From the IMG/VR virus record IMGVR_UViG_3300043426_000266, positions 1 through 64,000 of that record: 64,000 bases of DNA. One strand, 5' to 3'. A program made the translations under genes and the position numbers. The notes under the pieces are model-generated. The model was not told where the DNA came from. It worked only from the letters and a program-made list of their open reading frames with translations, and ran no database searches. The stretch's first letter is position 1. The number at the start of each line of letters is the position of its first letter. Positions 37,990 to 48,192 of this stretch are shown here, in pieces.

Positions 37990-40900
37990 GTAATAAACCG
38001 ATATCAAGCCTGGAGGTTCGTACCCAAGACTTGACAGGCGCAGACCTGATGTTGATCTCCCAGTTTACTGCGGCTGGTTGGAGATCTGCACAAGTAACTT
38101 TAGAAGACTTTTTTACTGAAATGTTTCAGCCTGGTTCTTCTGCTGGGCAGATCATTGTGAACATGCAAGCTGAGATTAATCAGTTAGATTCACGAATGGA
38201 TATGCATGAGCATCCAGAGCTCAATACCGCTGATCCAAATTATGATCCACACTTTGGGTTCTTCTTACGGTTAGTAACCAAAGTTGCATCGAATTCAGGA
38301 TTAGTTGGTGATGGTCGAGCGGCAACACCACTGGCTTTAGATTACACTTATCTAAATACAGTTTATGCTCGTTCGAGTACAATTGTTGATAACCTTACAT
38401 CAACTTCTGCAACAACTCCATTGTCAGCAAATATGGGTCGAGAATTAAATGTTGCTAAAACCAATATTTCTGAAACTCGTCAAAACTTCGGTGAAAACAT
38501 TGTTTCGTTGATTGCAACAACGGGTTATAATTTCAACAATGCTTTGCCTGGTGATTACGTCTATCTAAATAAGCAAACCGCAACCGCAGCCAACTCACCA
38601 CCATTTGAGTACTCCACCACGTTTACTGAATGTTCGATTAATACCAGCGGTCAGCGTTTTCAGATTGCCCGAGATTATCAAACCGGACAATTTGCTGTGC
38701 GTGCGTTACAAAGTTCCACTTGGAGTGCCTGGCGTAAACAGTTGATGGAAGGTGATGTGGGTGGTGGCAGTACCGTAGGTTCTGCTGATAAATTGACCAC
38801 GCCGCGTCGTATTAACAACGTGTTTTTTGACGGTACTCAAGATATTACCATTTATACTGATAAATTGAGCACGCCGCGTCGTATTAACAACGTGTTTTTT
38901 GACGGTACTCAAGATATTACCATTTCTGCTGCTAAATTGACCACGCCGCGTCGTATTAACAATGTTTTATTCGATGGTACGCAGGACATTACCATTTCTG
39001 CTGATAAATTGAGCACGCCGCGTCGTATTAACAATGTTTTATTCGATGGTACGCAGGACATTACCATTTATGCTGATCTTCCTTATAAGGGCGCAATCTC
39101 ACCTTCTGTGATTGATGCTACTGTTACCCCAGGGTATTATGGCATCAGCAATAACCCAGAAGGTTTCTTTGAGGTAAGAGTTGTTAATGATTTAGTATTA
39201 CAATACTATCATACAACGTATTACGCCACACCCCAAGGAGAGGCTTACCCGACTCGACACCTAAGCCGGATGAAGAAAGGGGTGGATGCTTGGACTGCTT
39301 GGCAAAGTGTTGGTCCAAAAATTGAATTTGCTTCAACTGGTGGCGTGGGCGTAGTTCAGTTAAATAACAGTTTAACTTCAACTGCTACCGACCAAGCTCT
39401 AACCGCGGCAATGGGTAAAGTATTAAAAGATACGAAAGTTGACATTACTGCATTAAGAGATGCGTTTGGTAATCGCCCAATAGACTTGATTGTTCCTGCG
39501 GGTTATAACTATAACAACATCATGCCGGGTGAATTTGTTTTTCATAACGACTCAACCCTCGGTACCAATGTCGTTAACCCACCCCCATTCAACACCTGTT
39601 CTGTCTATTGCGAACGTAGCTATACTGGGGCGGGTGAACGTACCGTTACTGCGCGGGACTATGCAACAGGTCGAATTGCAACTCGCGGTCGTAATAACAA
39701 TAGCTGGAGTGCTTGGCAAACACATTTGGTTGCGGTAGATGTCGCAAATGCAATTACGACGCATAAAGCTGAAACAGACCCACATCCCCAGTATGTGACT
39801 ATTGCTGAATTGGCTGCATCAACTACAGATGGTTTAACTGAACACGTATTGGATTTAAGTACCGCTGGTTTTGATGCCAATACTTATTATCCAGTTACAG
39901 TTGCAATTGCGAACAAAGGTCGTTGTAGTTTTGAAATTGATACCCCTTTGTCGTATGCAGCTGCCCCTTGGTCAACCCATGCTGGTGGTACAATTTCTGT
40001 AATGGCGAAGTGGAGCGAGTACTCGGCCGCGTGGGGTGCGAATAATATTGATAGAACAATCGATGTTGCAGGGTTTGCGCACTGTGTTAATAGTCCTGTA
40101 ATTTCAATTACTCAATTAACGAACTCATCAACTGTTGTGTTCTTCTTACGCGGTAACACTAAATATCGCGTACGGATGACGAAAACATTGGTTCCAGTGA
40201 TTCGTACTGCGTCGTATAGTATTAGTAGTCAAACTGTTGCGCCTAAGGTATTTGATAATAGTGCACCAATCAGTATTATGAATGATAAGATTGGACAATC
40301 TCATTTAACTGACCCCGATCCTCATCCTCAGTATCTATTGGCTAGCACCGGCTCTACTCAGTATTATCCTAAAACTGGTGGTACAGTCACGGGTGATATT
40401 GTTGCCGGTACACCAGCTGCGCCTAGAGCTGTTTATGCCTACGGCAACATTACTTCTGAAAAAACAGTAACGGGTCTTGATATAGTTGCTATAAATTCCT
40501 TGAAGTCTGTGGGCCGGGTAGAGGCGCGGTATTTAACCTTGCAAAATGCGGTCTACCCTAGTAAATTACAAATTACTCCAGGTCTCAACACAGTATCCTA
40601 TTCCGTGGTCGACCTATCCCCTCTTGAACAGGGTGAGCACGTGTTTTGGAACCCAATTAGGTCTACTTGGGGGTATGGGGATCTTTTTAGCGAACAAGCG
40701 GTTGATCTTCGTTGGGATGTGTCGAATACAACCACGGTCATCGGTGAGGTGGTGGCGAGTTATGTTGTCTTTAACTCTAAAGTGGATTGGTATGATGGTT
40801 CAGAGCAGCGTAATGTAAGATACTGTCAAGTTTCTGTTGATTATATTTTGTGGAATAATCCAGGCGAAACTAGTTCTAAATTCGTTTTCCCTCTTACTTT

Positions 40901-41102
40901 TGCGCTACCGCCAATTATTGTGGCCACTCGAAAAACCTGGGATAAAGATAGCGCAGGAACGATGAATGATGCTGATGGAGGTGTGCTTGTTCAATTTGCT
41001 AATACTGCGTATTGTTACATTTCTTGCCAGGTATTCAATCCTAATTCACAAGGCGGGTTACGCGGCTTTACATTACAAATCTCTGGATGGGTGTATGCAT
41101 AA
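37986..41102 (+). CDS. Long tail fibre protein
   Basis: KL.TPRRINNV.FDGTQDITI x4, DPHPQY x2, LTSTS..LSA.MG fibre repeats, WSAW modules. Confidence 0.85.
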   Translation: MSNKPISSLEVRTQDLTGADLMLISQFTAAGWRSAQVTLEDFFTEMFQPGSSAGQIIVNMQAEINQLDSRMDMHEHPELNTADPNYDPHFGFFLRLVTKVASNSGLVGDGRAATPLALDYTYLNTVYARSSTIVDNLTSTSATTPLSANMGRELNVAKTNISETRQNFGENIVSLIATTGYNFNNALPGDYVYLNKQTATAANSPPFEYSTTFTECSINTSGQRFQIARDYQTGQFAVRALQSSTWSAWRKQLMEGDVGGGSTVGSADKLTTPRRINNVFFDGTQDITIYTDKLSTPRRINNVFFDGTQDITISAAKLTTPRRINNVLFDGTQDITISADKLSTPRRINNVLFDGTQDITIYADLPYKGAISPSVIDATVTPGYYGISNNPEGFFEVRVVNDLVLQYYHTTYYATPQGEAYPTRHLSRMKKGVDAWTAWQSVGPKIEFASTGGVGVVQLNNSLTSTATDQALTAAMGKVLKDTKVDITALRDAFGNRPIDLIVPAGYNYNNIMPGEFVFHNDSTLGTNVVNPPPFNTCSVYCERSYTGAGERTVTARDYATGRIATRGRNNNSWSAWQTHLVAVDVANAITTHKAETDPHPQYVTIAELAASTTDGLTEHVLDLSTAGFDANTYYPVTVAIANKGRCSFEIDTPLSYAAAPWSTHAGGTISVMAKWSEYSAAWGANNIDRTIDVAGFAHCVNSPVISITQLTNSSTVVFFLRGNTKYRVRMTKTLVPVIRTASYSISSQTVAPKVFDNSAPISIMNDKIGQSHLTDPDPHPQYLLASTGSTQYYPKTGGTVTGDIVAGTPAAPRAVYAYGNITSEKTVTGLDIVAINSLKSVGRVEARYLTLQNAVYPSKLQITPGLNTVSYSVVDLSPLEQGEHVFWNPIRSTWGYGDLFSEQAVDLRWDVSNTTTVIGEVVASYVVFNSKVDWYDGSEQRNVRYCQVSVDYILWNNPGETSSKFVFPLTFALPPIIVATRKTWDKDSAGTMNDADGGVLVQFANTAYCYISCQVFNPNSQGGLRGFTLQISGWVYA
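38784..39077 (+). repeat. Four tandem 72-bp units
   Basis: Units start at 38784, 38856, 38928 and 39000. Confidence 0.95.
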
Positions 41103-41590
41103 TGACGATTTATTTTAATCCCGAAAAACAAAGCTTCACCACCATGGAAGCAGCAAGTGAAAACCCTAACATGGTTGAAATAACAAATGAACAACATATA
41201 GAGCTTCTTGCTAAATTAAATCAAGGTTATTATGTTTTTCCTGATTTAACCCTATCAACTATTCGACCTTCTATTGAACATCATTGGATTGATGGTGCTT
41301 GGGTTGACCCGAGAACACCGGAGCAAAAAGAAGCGCAATATATGGCTTCTTTAAAACCGCTTACTCGTCGACAATTCAAGTTAACACTTCTCCATTATGG
41401 AATGTTGGAAACAATGGAAAGTCAAATTGCATCAATACCGGATGCTAATCTTCGTATTCAGCTCCAGATTGAGTACGCGGAATCAACAACATTCATGAGA
41501 ACTTCCCCATCAGTTGCCGCAATGGTTCAATCCTTAGGATTAACTACGAATCAGGTCAACCAGATGTGGGAGTACGGAATGAGTCAATAA
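41102..41590 (+). CDS. Tail fibre assembly chaperone
   Basis: TAATG coupling; MTIYF...EIT.EQH.ELL, then LKPLTRRQF..EY..ST.F.RTSP. Confidence 0.75.
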   Translation: MTIYFNPEKQSFTTMEAASENPNMVEITNEQHIELLAKLNQGYYVFPDLTLSTIRPSIEHHWIDGAWVDPRTPEQKEAQYMASLKPLTRRQFKLTLLHYGMLETMESQIASIPDANLRIQLQIEYAESTTFMRTSPSVAAMVQSLGLTTNQVNQMWEYGMSQ

Positions 41591-41652
41591 ATTAAAACGG
41601 AACCATTAATCTTATGAACAATGGTTCCAAACTCCATTTAGAGGTTAGCACA

Positions 41653-42447
41653 ATGAGACAGCAAATTACGGGTGAAAAGCTCGGACGATTAGATTATCTT
41701 TTTCAAAACCAATCAAATGCAAAACTTCTTTCTGACGCATTGATTACCAAATCAACCACAGGTGCAACTTTAACAAACGTTAAAGACGTTAGCCCAACAC
41801 ATTACGAATATCGTTTAAAACTTCCTGCTGATTCAACAGAAGGTTGGTTAAAAAAACGCGGGCTCCGCATCAGTAAAGAGTTTATTGAGGCGCATAATGC
41901 AGCAGCGCAAGAAGCTTGGGATGAGGCAGAAGCAAATGAAGAAAACCCACCACCGTTAGATTTCGATTCTAATGCAACCCGAATCCAGCAAGTAACTGAT
42001 TGGATTAAAGCGGGTTTTGAGAAATCCAATCTTCCAATTGACGTCGATAATGACAAAGTTGAGATAATCGCGTTAAGTGGTAAAGTTGACGAAGCTAATT
42101 TATTAGTTGAAATCCAAGAAGCAGGCTTAATCGCTGACCATGGTAAGAAACGTCAACAACGTATCAAACTTCCTCGTTTAGACATTGCGACTGTAACCGG
42201 TGGTAGCACACTAACTGTAACTGAATTGAACCATCATTTGATTCGTACTCAATTACTTGAAACTTTATCTGAAAATCTTCCAGAATTTAGTGAAGGTGAC
42301 GAAGTTTTAGTTCCTCGTTTATTTTTGGAAGACATCTTAATCCAGAATACCCACTATAAAGTGGGTGGGGTGTATACTGCAGTAATTTCAAATATAGCTT
42401 TGGATTATTATGGTGAATTTGAATTCATGGTTGTTGAGCTCGGCTAA
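41653..42447 (+). CDS. Putative virion structural protein, RLDIA/LDYYGE paralog family
   Basis: Start moved to MRQQ (GAGG RBS; TATG at 41613). Confidence 0.55.
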   Translation: MRQQITGEKLGRLDYLFQNQSNAKLLSDALITKSTTGATLTNVKDVSPTHYEYRLKLPADSTEGWLKKRGLRISKEFIEAHNAAAQEAWDEAEANEENPPPLDFDSNATRIQQVTDWIKAGFEKSNLPIDVDNDKVEIIALSGKVDEANLLVEIQEAGLIADHGKKRQQRIKLPRLDIATVTGGSTLTVTELNHHLIRTQLLETLSENLPEFSEGDEVLVPRLFLEDILIQNTHYKVGGVYTAVISNIALDYYGEFEFMVVELG

Positions 42448-42453
42448 GACATT

Positions 42454-42483
42454 TAACCAGAGTCCCATATGGGACTCTGGTTA
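42454..42483. terminator. Perfect 30-bp palindromic terminator
   Basis: TAACCAGAGTCCCATATGGGACTCTGGTTA. Confidence 0.8.
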
Positions 42484-42591
42484 TTAACGTCGTTTTTTAT
42501 GAATCCTTAAATATACAGTTGACAGAATAATTCATTCATCTATTAGAAAATAAACAGTCTAGTGGATTAATAGGATAGATAGGACTTAAGC

Positions 42592-43497
42592 ATGAAAACA
42601 GTTACGCGGTATGCCGCATTAAATCGACTACTCACTTGTTTAGCCTGGGGGTTAAACTTTGAGATTAAACCCAATAGTGTAATCACCGGGGTCTTAGCAG
42701 ATCCAAACTATGTGCCTGGGGTTCCAGCACCAGTGACTAGAGGGATGTATATTCCTGGGTCATTTAACCCAGCCATTGATACTCGCGCAATGCGTATTGG
42801 GGTAATTATGGTTGGGCGTGGAGGTCATGGTTTTGAGGTAGATAGTCAAAATGAAATCTCGCCAATTACATATCCACATAAATCATCTGATACGGGTTTG
42901 TTTGAACCAATTCCAATGATCGCACGGGAAGTTACTAGCGATTTAACTGGAGCAATGAAAACACTTTATCGTATTCGAACTGTTGCACAAATCAATGGTA
43001 CTTTTTATGCGTTTTATTTCGGTAAAAAGATTGATACAACTGAAATCGAAATTCAACAAATTTTAGAAACAATCAACGATGGTGTTGTAGTCAATACAGA
43101 ACCATACGAGCCAACCGCAAACGACCTTCGCCCAGAGAAGACTGAATTCGATGCAATTTCAGATGGTACATCACTCAGAACTTATGCAGGGTTAGTCATC
43201 GGGTTTACTGATGAAGAAGTAGTTGAAATGCAAAATGCTTGCGCTCTTTTATTTGGAAGTCCAGATAAAGCAGTTGTGTCTGAAATCGCTTACGTGTTTG
43301 GGGTAGATAAAGCGGTAACCGGCGTATACCCAACAACTGGAACTCAAACCCCAGAGTTACCGCCTGCAAACACATTCGAGTTCTCTGCACCACACATTGG
43401 TATTGTAGAATCAACTTATAAACCAGTTGAATTTGTTGGAGCCTTCCAAGATACGAAGAATATCGGTATCTCGGAACCCCTCTTTGGAATCCGATAA
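42592..43497 (+). CDS. Virion structural protein (phiKZ gp139-like)
   Basis: 301 aa; YPH...DTGLF..IP..R...DLT...YR.R motif; recalled synteny. Confidence 0.55.
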   Translation: MKTVTRYAALNRLLTCLAWGLNFEIKPNSVITGVLADPNYVPGVPAPVTRGMYIPGSFNPAIDTRAMRIGVIMVGRGGHGFEVDSQNEISPITYPHKSSDTGLFEPIPMIAREVTSDLTGAMKTLYRIRTVAQINGTFYAFYFGKKIDTTEIEIQQILETINDGVVVNTEPYEPTANDLRPEKTEFDAISDGTSLRTYAGLVIGFTDEEVVEMQNACALLFGSPDKAVVSEIAYVFGVDKAVTGVYPTTGTQTPELPPANTFEFSAPHIGIVESTYKPVEFVGAFQDTKNIGISEPLFGIR

Positions 43498-44095
43498 ACT
43501 TAGAATCATTGCCGTTGACCCGGGAGTTAATCTCGGGGTTGCGGTAATAGACTTTGACTACGATCTTAAAAAGTTAATCGTTCAAGATTGCTACACGCTT
43601 AATCTATCCAGGTATATTCCTGTCGACGAAGAACAGCCGGAAGTTTCAGTTGTTTTAAATCGACTTGCTGAACTTAAGCGTTTCTTGAAAAATTATCTCA
43701 AAGTCTGGTCACCTCAAATCGCTTGTCATGAAACCGCCTACGTTCCCCATCGAGGGGGAGGTGCTTCTATTTATTCTTTTGCTTCCTTGGTTGAAAATAT
43801 TATTTCAATTAAGTTTAGTTTTAGAGAAAGCGCTAAAGAGATGCCTATTTTTGCAATTAACCCCACGAGTGTTAAAATGTGTGTGGTGGGTGAAAAATCA
43901 TCTGATAAGAATGCGGTACTCAATGCATTAATTAAAGATGATCAGATAGACTTATCTAATGTTGATATAGAGAAACTAGACCAACATAGTGCTGATGCGA
44001 TTGGAATTGGGATTACGTGTATTCGGAATCATTTGACTTTAGAGCAAAATACAATTAGCTTTAGGCGGAGGATGAAAAGTGGGAGAAGAAAGTGA
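43427..44095 (+). CDS. ruvC: RuvC-like Holliday junction resolvase
   Basis: IIAVDPG..LGVA, IACHETAY, HSADAIGIG acidic catalytic motifs; start uncertain (possibly TTG at 43484). Confidence 0.8.
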   Translation: MNLLEPSKIRRISVSRNPSLESDKLRIIAVDPGVNLGVAVIDFDYDLKKLIVQDCYTLNLSRYIPVDEEQPEVSVVLNRLAELKRFLKNYLKVWSPQIACHETAYVPHRGGGASIYSFASLVENIISIKFSFRESAKEMPIFAINPTSVKMCVVGEKSSDKNAVLNALIKDDQIDLSNVDIEKLDQHSADAIGIGITCIRNHLTLEQNTISFRRRMKSGRRK

Positions 44096-44597
44096 TTTGG
44101 ATTTTAGTATCGAGAATCCAAAACAACATCTATGTTTAACTATTTTTGACGTTATTGGTTTTTTAAAAGATGTTAAACTTAATAATTTAAAAGATGAAGT
44201 AACATATGCAATCTTAGTAAACTACAATAGGCACTTAGAAGTTGAGTATCACATTGACGTTGAAATGGATGCTCAGGGCATCCGTCGAAAGTTCAACGAT
44301 TTACCCAACAATATGAAAGAGAAAATGACGAAGAAAGTAATCATCTACGATATGGATGCAAAATACTTTATTGAAGAATTATTTAATTTCATTGATGTTC
44401 AGCAAAGACACTACATTAAAGATGTTGGTAGAAATGGCGGTTGGTTAAATAGTGCCGGGATTACTTGTATTTTTATTGTTGTGACGATGTATATTATCTA
44501 TCATGCGAACCATTCTTATCGGGGCGCTAATGTTATCACAGTAGGTGATGACGTAATGAAAAGTCTTTTTGATTATTTATTCGCTTTAATCCAATAG
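44079..44597 (+). CDS. Hypothetical membrane protein
   Basis: Hydrophobic ITCIFIVVTMYIIY near the C-terminus. Confidence 0.65.
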   Translation: MGEESDLDFSIENPKQHLCLTIFDVIGFLKDVKLNNLKDEVTYAILVNYNRHLEVEYHIDVEMDAQGIRRKFNDLPNNMKEKMTKKVIIYDMDAKYFIEELFNFIDVQQRHYIKDVGRNGGWLNSAGITCIFIVVTMYIIYHANHSYRGANVITVGDDVMKSLFDYLFALIQ

Positions 44598-44618
44598 AGA
44601 GGGCTTGCCCTCTCTATT
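44593..44618. terminator. Terminator
   Basis: AATAGAGAGGGC-TT-GCCCTCTCTATT. Confidence 0.75.
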
Positions 44619-44667
44619 TCTTTTTATACGATTTAGTTTATTTTATGAGCTTAACGGAGATATCTCA

Positions 44668-46107
44668 ATGTCTGAAGATTTACAAAATATAAATTTATTA
44701 CCTGTAGCCAATCAACAAGATAACGTCTTTTCTGGTTCAGAGGGTGGGGATGCCGATACACCTTTATTGGTCTACCAAAGTAAAAAAGAAGTCGGTACGT
44801 ATATCGATCGTTTAAAGGCACTGCATACATCTTTAAAGAAAACTGACGCCCTACCTACGCAAATTATCTTTCCAGAACAAAACGAGCAAGCGCTTGAGCT
44901 TACCGCTAAATATGTCCACACCATTCGTTCACTAGTCGACTTACTGATGAAACATGGTTTAACAAAACAATTCGATTCTTATTCTTATCGTGTTGCACAT
45001 TTTCAGCATTTAAATGAGTGGTTGAATATTGTTGTACGGCTGCAATTCGCAACTGCTTTAAATGCAGTACGCAATACACTCAATGAAGCATTAGACGGTG
45101 ATGACCCATTTCAATGGGGTGTATTGGAGATTGATGATAAGGGTATCTATTCGATCGATGGTCAAGAACTAACATTTGGTGAAAAAGTTGATATCTTTAC
45201 AACCAGTGAAAAGGTTGTCAGTGGTGTGATCTTCGATTCACACGAAAGTTTAAATTGTAAAGCTTATGGTGAAGATACTCTACCTGTTGTTCACTATGAA
45301 ACGAGTGAATTAAAAAATCTCGATTACGACTCTATTCAAAAACGTTATGATTCAGCGATTTCTGAAAAAGAACATTTGTTGGGTGTAGACGCATGGTCAT
45401 TCTTTAATGTATTGCTTTACAAAAAACATTTACCTGAATCAAATCCAATTGAATTATGCAATAACTTATTATCAATGCAAGATCGTGACCCATCACTTAC
45501 TTCTTTTCAATATGAAAAAGATATTGAGCTCATTCGCGATTTAAACTTACCTTTTGGGGTTGAGCAGTTATTGGTTCCCGCGGTACAGTCGTATTTCTGT
45601 AAAAAGAAAGATCGACATGATGAGTTCATGGATTCAATTCGGTTAATGAAAACCAATGAAAAAGATTTTCGTAAAAAGGTAAAGGCTGGTGCGGGTGATG
45701 CTGTTCTTCTTGGGTTTGCTGACCTTCTTCAATATCTTGCCGGACAACGTAGTAAACTAGTTAAATTACGTCTTGTACTTGCTTCTGGAGAGGTCGTTGA
45801 TGCCGCAACAACTGATCGTCAATTTACCATGGAGAAGTTACACATTTTCAACCGCTACAATATCTCTCAGGTGTTGTTTACTGGAATAAAATTTAAAGCG
45901 AAAAAGAAAGGCAAGATTAAAGAAGACCATTTTGAGTTGACTGATCGAATGATCAAAGATACTGATGTTGTTGCAGTAATCATGAGTGAAGCGAAGTTTT
46001 ATTACTTTGATGAAACCGCAACAGAAGACAATGATCAACACTTTGCAATGTACATGAAATTGCGACGTGATTATAAAGCAATCGCTAAAATGGAGAAGGA
46101 GGCTTAA
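44668..46107 (+). CDS. Conserved hypothetical late protein
   Basis: Start moved to MSEDLQ (GGAG RBS; TATG 24 nt upstream). Confidence 0.7.
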   Translation: MSEDLQNINLLPVANQQDNVFSGSEGGDADTPLLVYQSKKEVGTYIDRLKALHTSLKKTDALPTQIIFPEQNEQALELTAKYVHTIRSLVDLLMKHGLTKQFDSYSYRVAHFQHLNEWLNIVVRLQFATALNAVRNTLNEALDGDDPFQWGVLEIDDKGIYSIDGQELTFGEKVDIFTTSEKVVSGVIFDSHESLNCKAYGEDTLPVVHYETSELKNLDYDSIQKRYDSAISEKEHLLGVDAWSFFNVLLYKKHLPESNPIELCNNLLSMQDRDPSLTSFQYEKDIELIRDLNLPFGVEQLLVPAVQSYFCKKKDRHDEFMDSIRLMKTNEKDFRKKVKAGAGDAVLLGFADLLQYLAGQRSKLVKLRLVLASGEVVDAATTDRQFTMEKLHIFNRYNISQVLFTGIKFKAKKKGKIKEDHFELTDRMIKDTDVVAVIMSEAKFYYFDETATEDNDQHFAMYMKLRRDYKAIAKMEKEA

Positions 46108-46117
46108 GCCTCCTTCT
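46094..46117. terminator. Perfect 24-bp palindrome centred on the stop codon
   Basis: AGAAGGAGGCTTAAGCCTCCTTCT plus TTT. Confidence 0.8.
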
Positions 46118-46145
46118 TTTTATGACGTAAACTAAGGATAAAGAA

Positions 46146-47012
46146 ATGAGTACGCAAGCTTCAAAATTCACATTCTTCTCCTTAGGGGAAGCAGCGGGGA
46201 ATTTAACCTTTGGGCAAAGAGAATTAAAAGTTATTCCAAAAGAGTCATTCTCTCAGTTAGATGGGGAGGTGACCGATGCAATGGCGGAGTTAGAAGCAGA
46301 AGGTGTTGATAAGGATGGAAATACTTATACCTCTAAGGTAGGTACTTCAAATAGTATAACCGCGACCTATTTATCCTTTGACCCTCATAAACCATTCCCG
46401 TCGCTCATCCGTCGAGGGGAGAAGGTAATTATTTATCGGTTAGCTGATACCGATAAGTACTACTGGCAACCTTTAGGTTTAGACGATACGACAAGACGAC
46501 GGGATATACTTGTTATTGCTGTTCCTAACTCTCCTAAAGAAAATGAGAATTCAAGAACACCAGAGACTGCGTATTACATTGAAGTCAATACGATTGATAA
46601 ACATATTAGTGTTCAAACCAATAAAAATGACGGTGAGCCGTTTGCCTACAGTATTCAGGTGAACACTAAAGAAGGTTTCTTTTCGGTTATGGATGATGCT
46701 GGTAATTTCATTCAACTGGTTTCTTCTGAGGATAGAATTACAACTCAAAACGCAACTGGGTCAGAAATAACAATTGAGAAAGGCAAAGGGCTGTGGAAGA
46801 CAAGTGAGTCTGTAACAATTGAAACGAAAACATTTACCGTTAAGGCCTCAAAAGCTGATTTCCAAACCCAGACATGGCAGATGAGCGGAAGCGCCTATAA
46901 TGTAAAAGCCTCTTCCGAGTTTACTGGTTCTTTGAAAAATAATGGGATTAATGTTGGTTCAACACACTACCACATCGGCAACTTAGGTCGTCCAACATCA
47001 AGTCCAATGTAG
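46146..47012 (+). CDS. Central spike / puncturing protein (phiKZ gp164-like)
   Basis: OB-fold-like N-terminus (RRGEKVII), beta-helix-like repeats, terminal THYHIG...TS.P iron-binding HxH motif; close to sbcC. Confidence 0.75.
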   Translation: MSTQASKFTFFSLGEAAGNLTFGQRELKVIPKESFSQLDGEVTDAMAELEAEGVDKDGNTYTSKVGTSNSITATYLSFDPHKPFPSLIRRGEKVIIYRLADTDKYYWQPLGLDDTTRRRDILVIAVPNSPKENENSRTPETAYYIEVNTIDKHISVQTNKNDGEPFAYSIQVNTKEGFFSVMDDAGNFIQLVSSEDRITTQNATGSEITIEKGKGLWKTSESVTIETKTFTVKASKADFQTQTWQMSGSAYNVKASSEFTGSLKNNGINVGSTHYHIGNLGRPTSSPM

Positions 47013-47020
47013 AGGTTAGT

Positions 47021-47995
47021 ATGGAAGTTAATGATTTTATTGGAATAAGCAAATTTCTAGGTTTTACAGGACCTATGATTGGTAAGAATAAAGTAATGTC
47101 AGGTGGCATCTACTTTCCAGATATGAGTAAGGTAGATAAATTTGATATTAAAGATTGGGGTGTAGTGTTTGATGCATCCATGGTAAAGTTGATCAATATC
47201 AACATGGGTTACAAATCAACTTCTTTACCTTCTACAAAAAACAGTATTGCCGTGGGAAACCTCACCAACCCAACTGGTGACTCAACCTTACAACTGGGTT
47301 GGTTTGATCATTACAACGTTTCATTTAACGGGTGGTACAAACGTGCTGATGAACGTGATATGTTGAATAAACAAACAATCACGTTAGGATTAGACTTCAT
47401 TTTAACACTAGATCCAATTAAATATACAGCAGCATATCGAGAAGAAGTTTTAGAAAATACACTTCCTTTTCCACATCCTGCAATGGAACCTGATGCGCCA
47501 AAACAAGAAGACTTTATTTCCAAGGATGCAAAAGGAAGGGATGTTCTTGATCAAGCTTCATGGGATGAGGCGGTAAACTCCTTTACTGAGAAAATGGCTG
47601 CCTATACTGAATATGAAACCAGCGTTCTTGACATTCACCAACAGCGTTTAGCGCAATATCCAGGAATAACAAATTCATCCCCTGCTCAACAAGTTACACA
47701 CTTCGGGTTTGTTGGTGAAGATGTAGAATCTAAAGCAAGTTCAATTGATTCGTCATTTCGTCCTTTATTAAAACACGATGAGTTTAATGGGTATGATGTT
47801 AATTATTTAGATTACAATCAACTCATCGCACCTTTGGTAAAAGCAGTTCAGGAGTTGCATGAAAAACACGTTATACTTGAACAAAAACATGATCAACTTA
47901 GAATAGAATTTGATGAATTAAAAGCAGACCACACCGCTAGAATAGAAACATTAGAAATAGATATGGCACTTGTAAAAACGACACTTGGATTATAA
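47021..47995 (+). CDS. Protein with a peptidase S74 intramolecular-chaperone-like domain, catalytic dyad absent
   Basis: ADERDM..LGLDFI..L.PIKY, HFGFVGEDV, LDYNQLIAPLVKAVQEL, then a coiled coil. Confidence 0.7.
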   Translation: MEVNDFIGISKFLGFTGPMIGKNKVMSGGIYFPDMSKVDKFDIKDWGVVFDASMVKLININMGYKSTSLPSTKNSIAVGNLTNPTGDSTLQLGWFDHYNVSFNGWYKRADERDMLNKQTITLGLDFILTLDPIKYTAAYREEVLENTLPFPHPAMEPDAPKQEDFISKDAKGRDVLDQASWDEAVNSFTEKMAAYTEYETSVLDIHQQRLAQYPGITNSSPAQQVTHFGFVGEDVESKASSIDSSFRPLLKHDEFNGYDVNYLDYNQLIAPLVKAVQELHEKHVILEQKHDQLRIEFDELKADHTARIETLEIDMALVKTTLGL

Positions 47996-48002
47996 TCCGC
48001 AT

Positions 48003-48030
48003 AAATAAAGGAGCCTAGGCTCCTTTATTT
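48003..48030. terminator. Perfect 28-bp palindromic bidirectional terminator
   Basis: AAATAAAGGAGCCTAGGCTCCTTTATTT. Confidence 0.85.
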
Positions 48031-48036
48031 GATATG

Positions 48037-48192
48037 CTAACCGTAGCACTGAATTACCTTATCCGCCAGTCTATTAAACAGTGGCAAAGAAATCCCATGT
48101 CGTTTACGAAATTCAATATTCTCTTTCGAATTTGGAACCAATTGCTGTTTAATATCCTTAGGATTCTTTTGACTTTTAACTGTTTGAGTCAT
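48037..48192 (-). CDS. 51-aa basic microprotein (not in ORF track)
   Basis: GGAGGT RBS; MTQTVKSQKNPKDIKQQLVPNSKENIEFRKRHGISLPLFNRLADKVIQCYG. Confidence 0.6.
   Translation of the reverse strand: MTQTVKSQKNPKDIKQQLVPNSKENIEFRKRHGISLPLFNRLADKVIQCYG

Noticed and set aside
18719-41102. Diversity-generating retroelement or invertible fibre system
   Set aside because: No reverse transcriptase, no adenine-specific TR/VR pair, no invertase; the repeats are direct and N-terminal.
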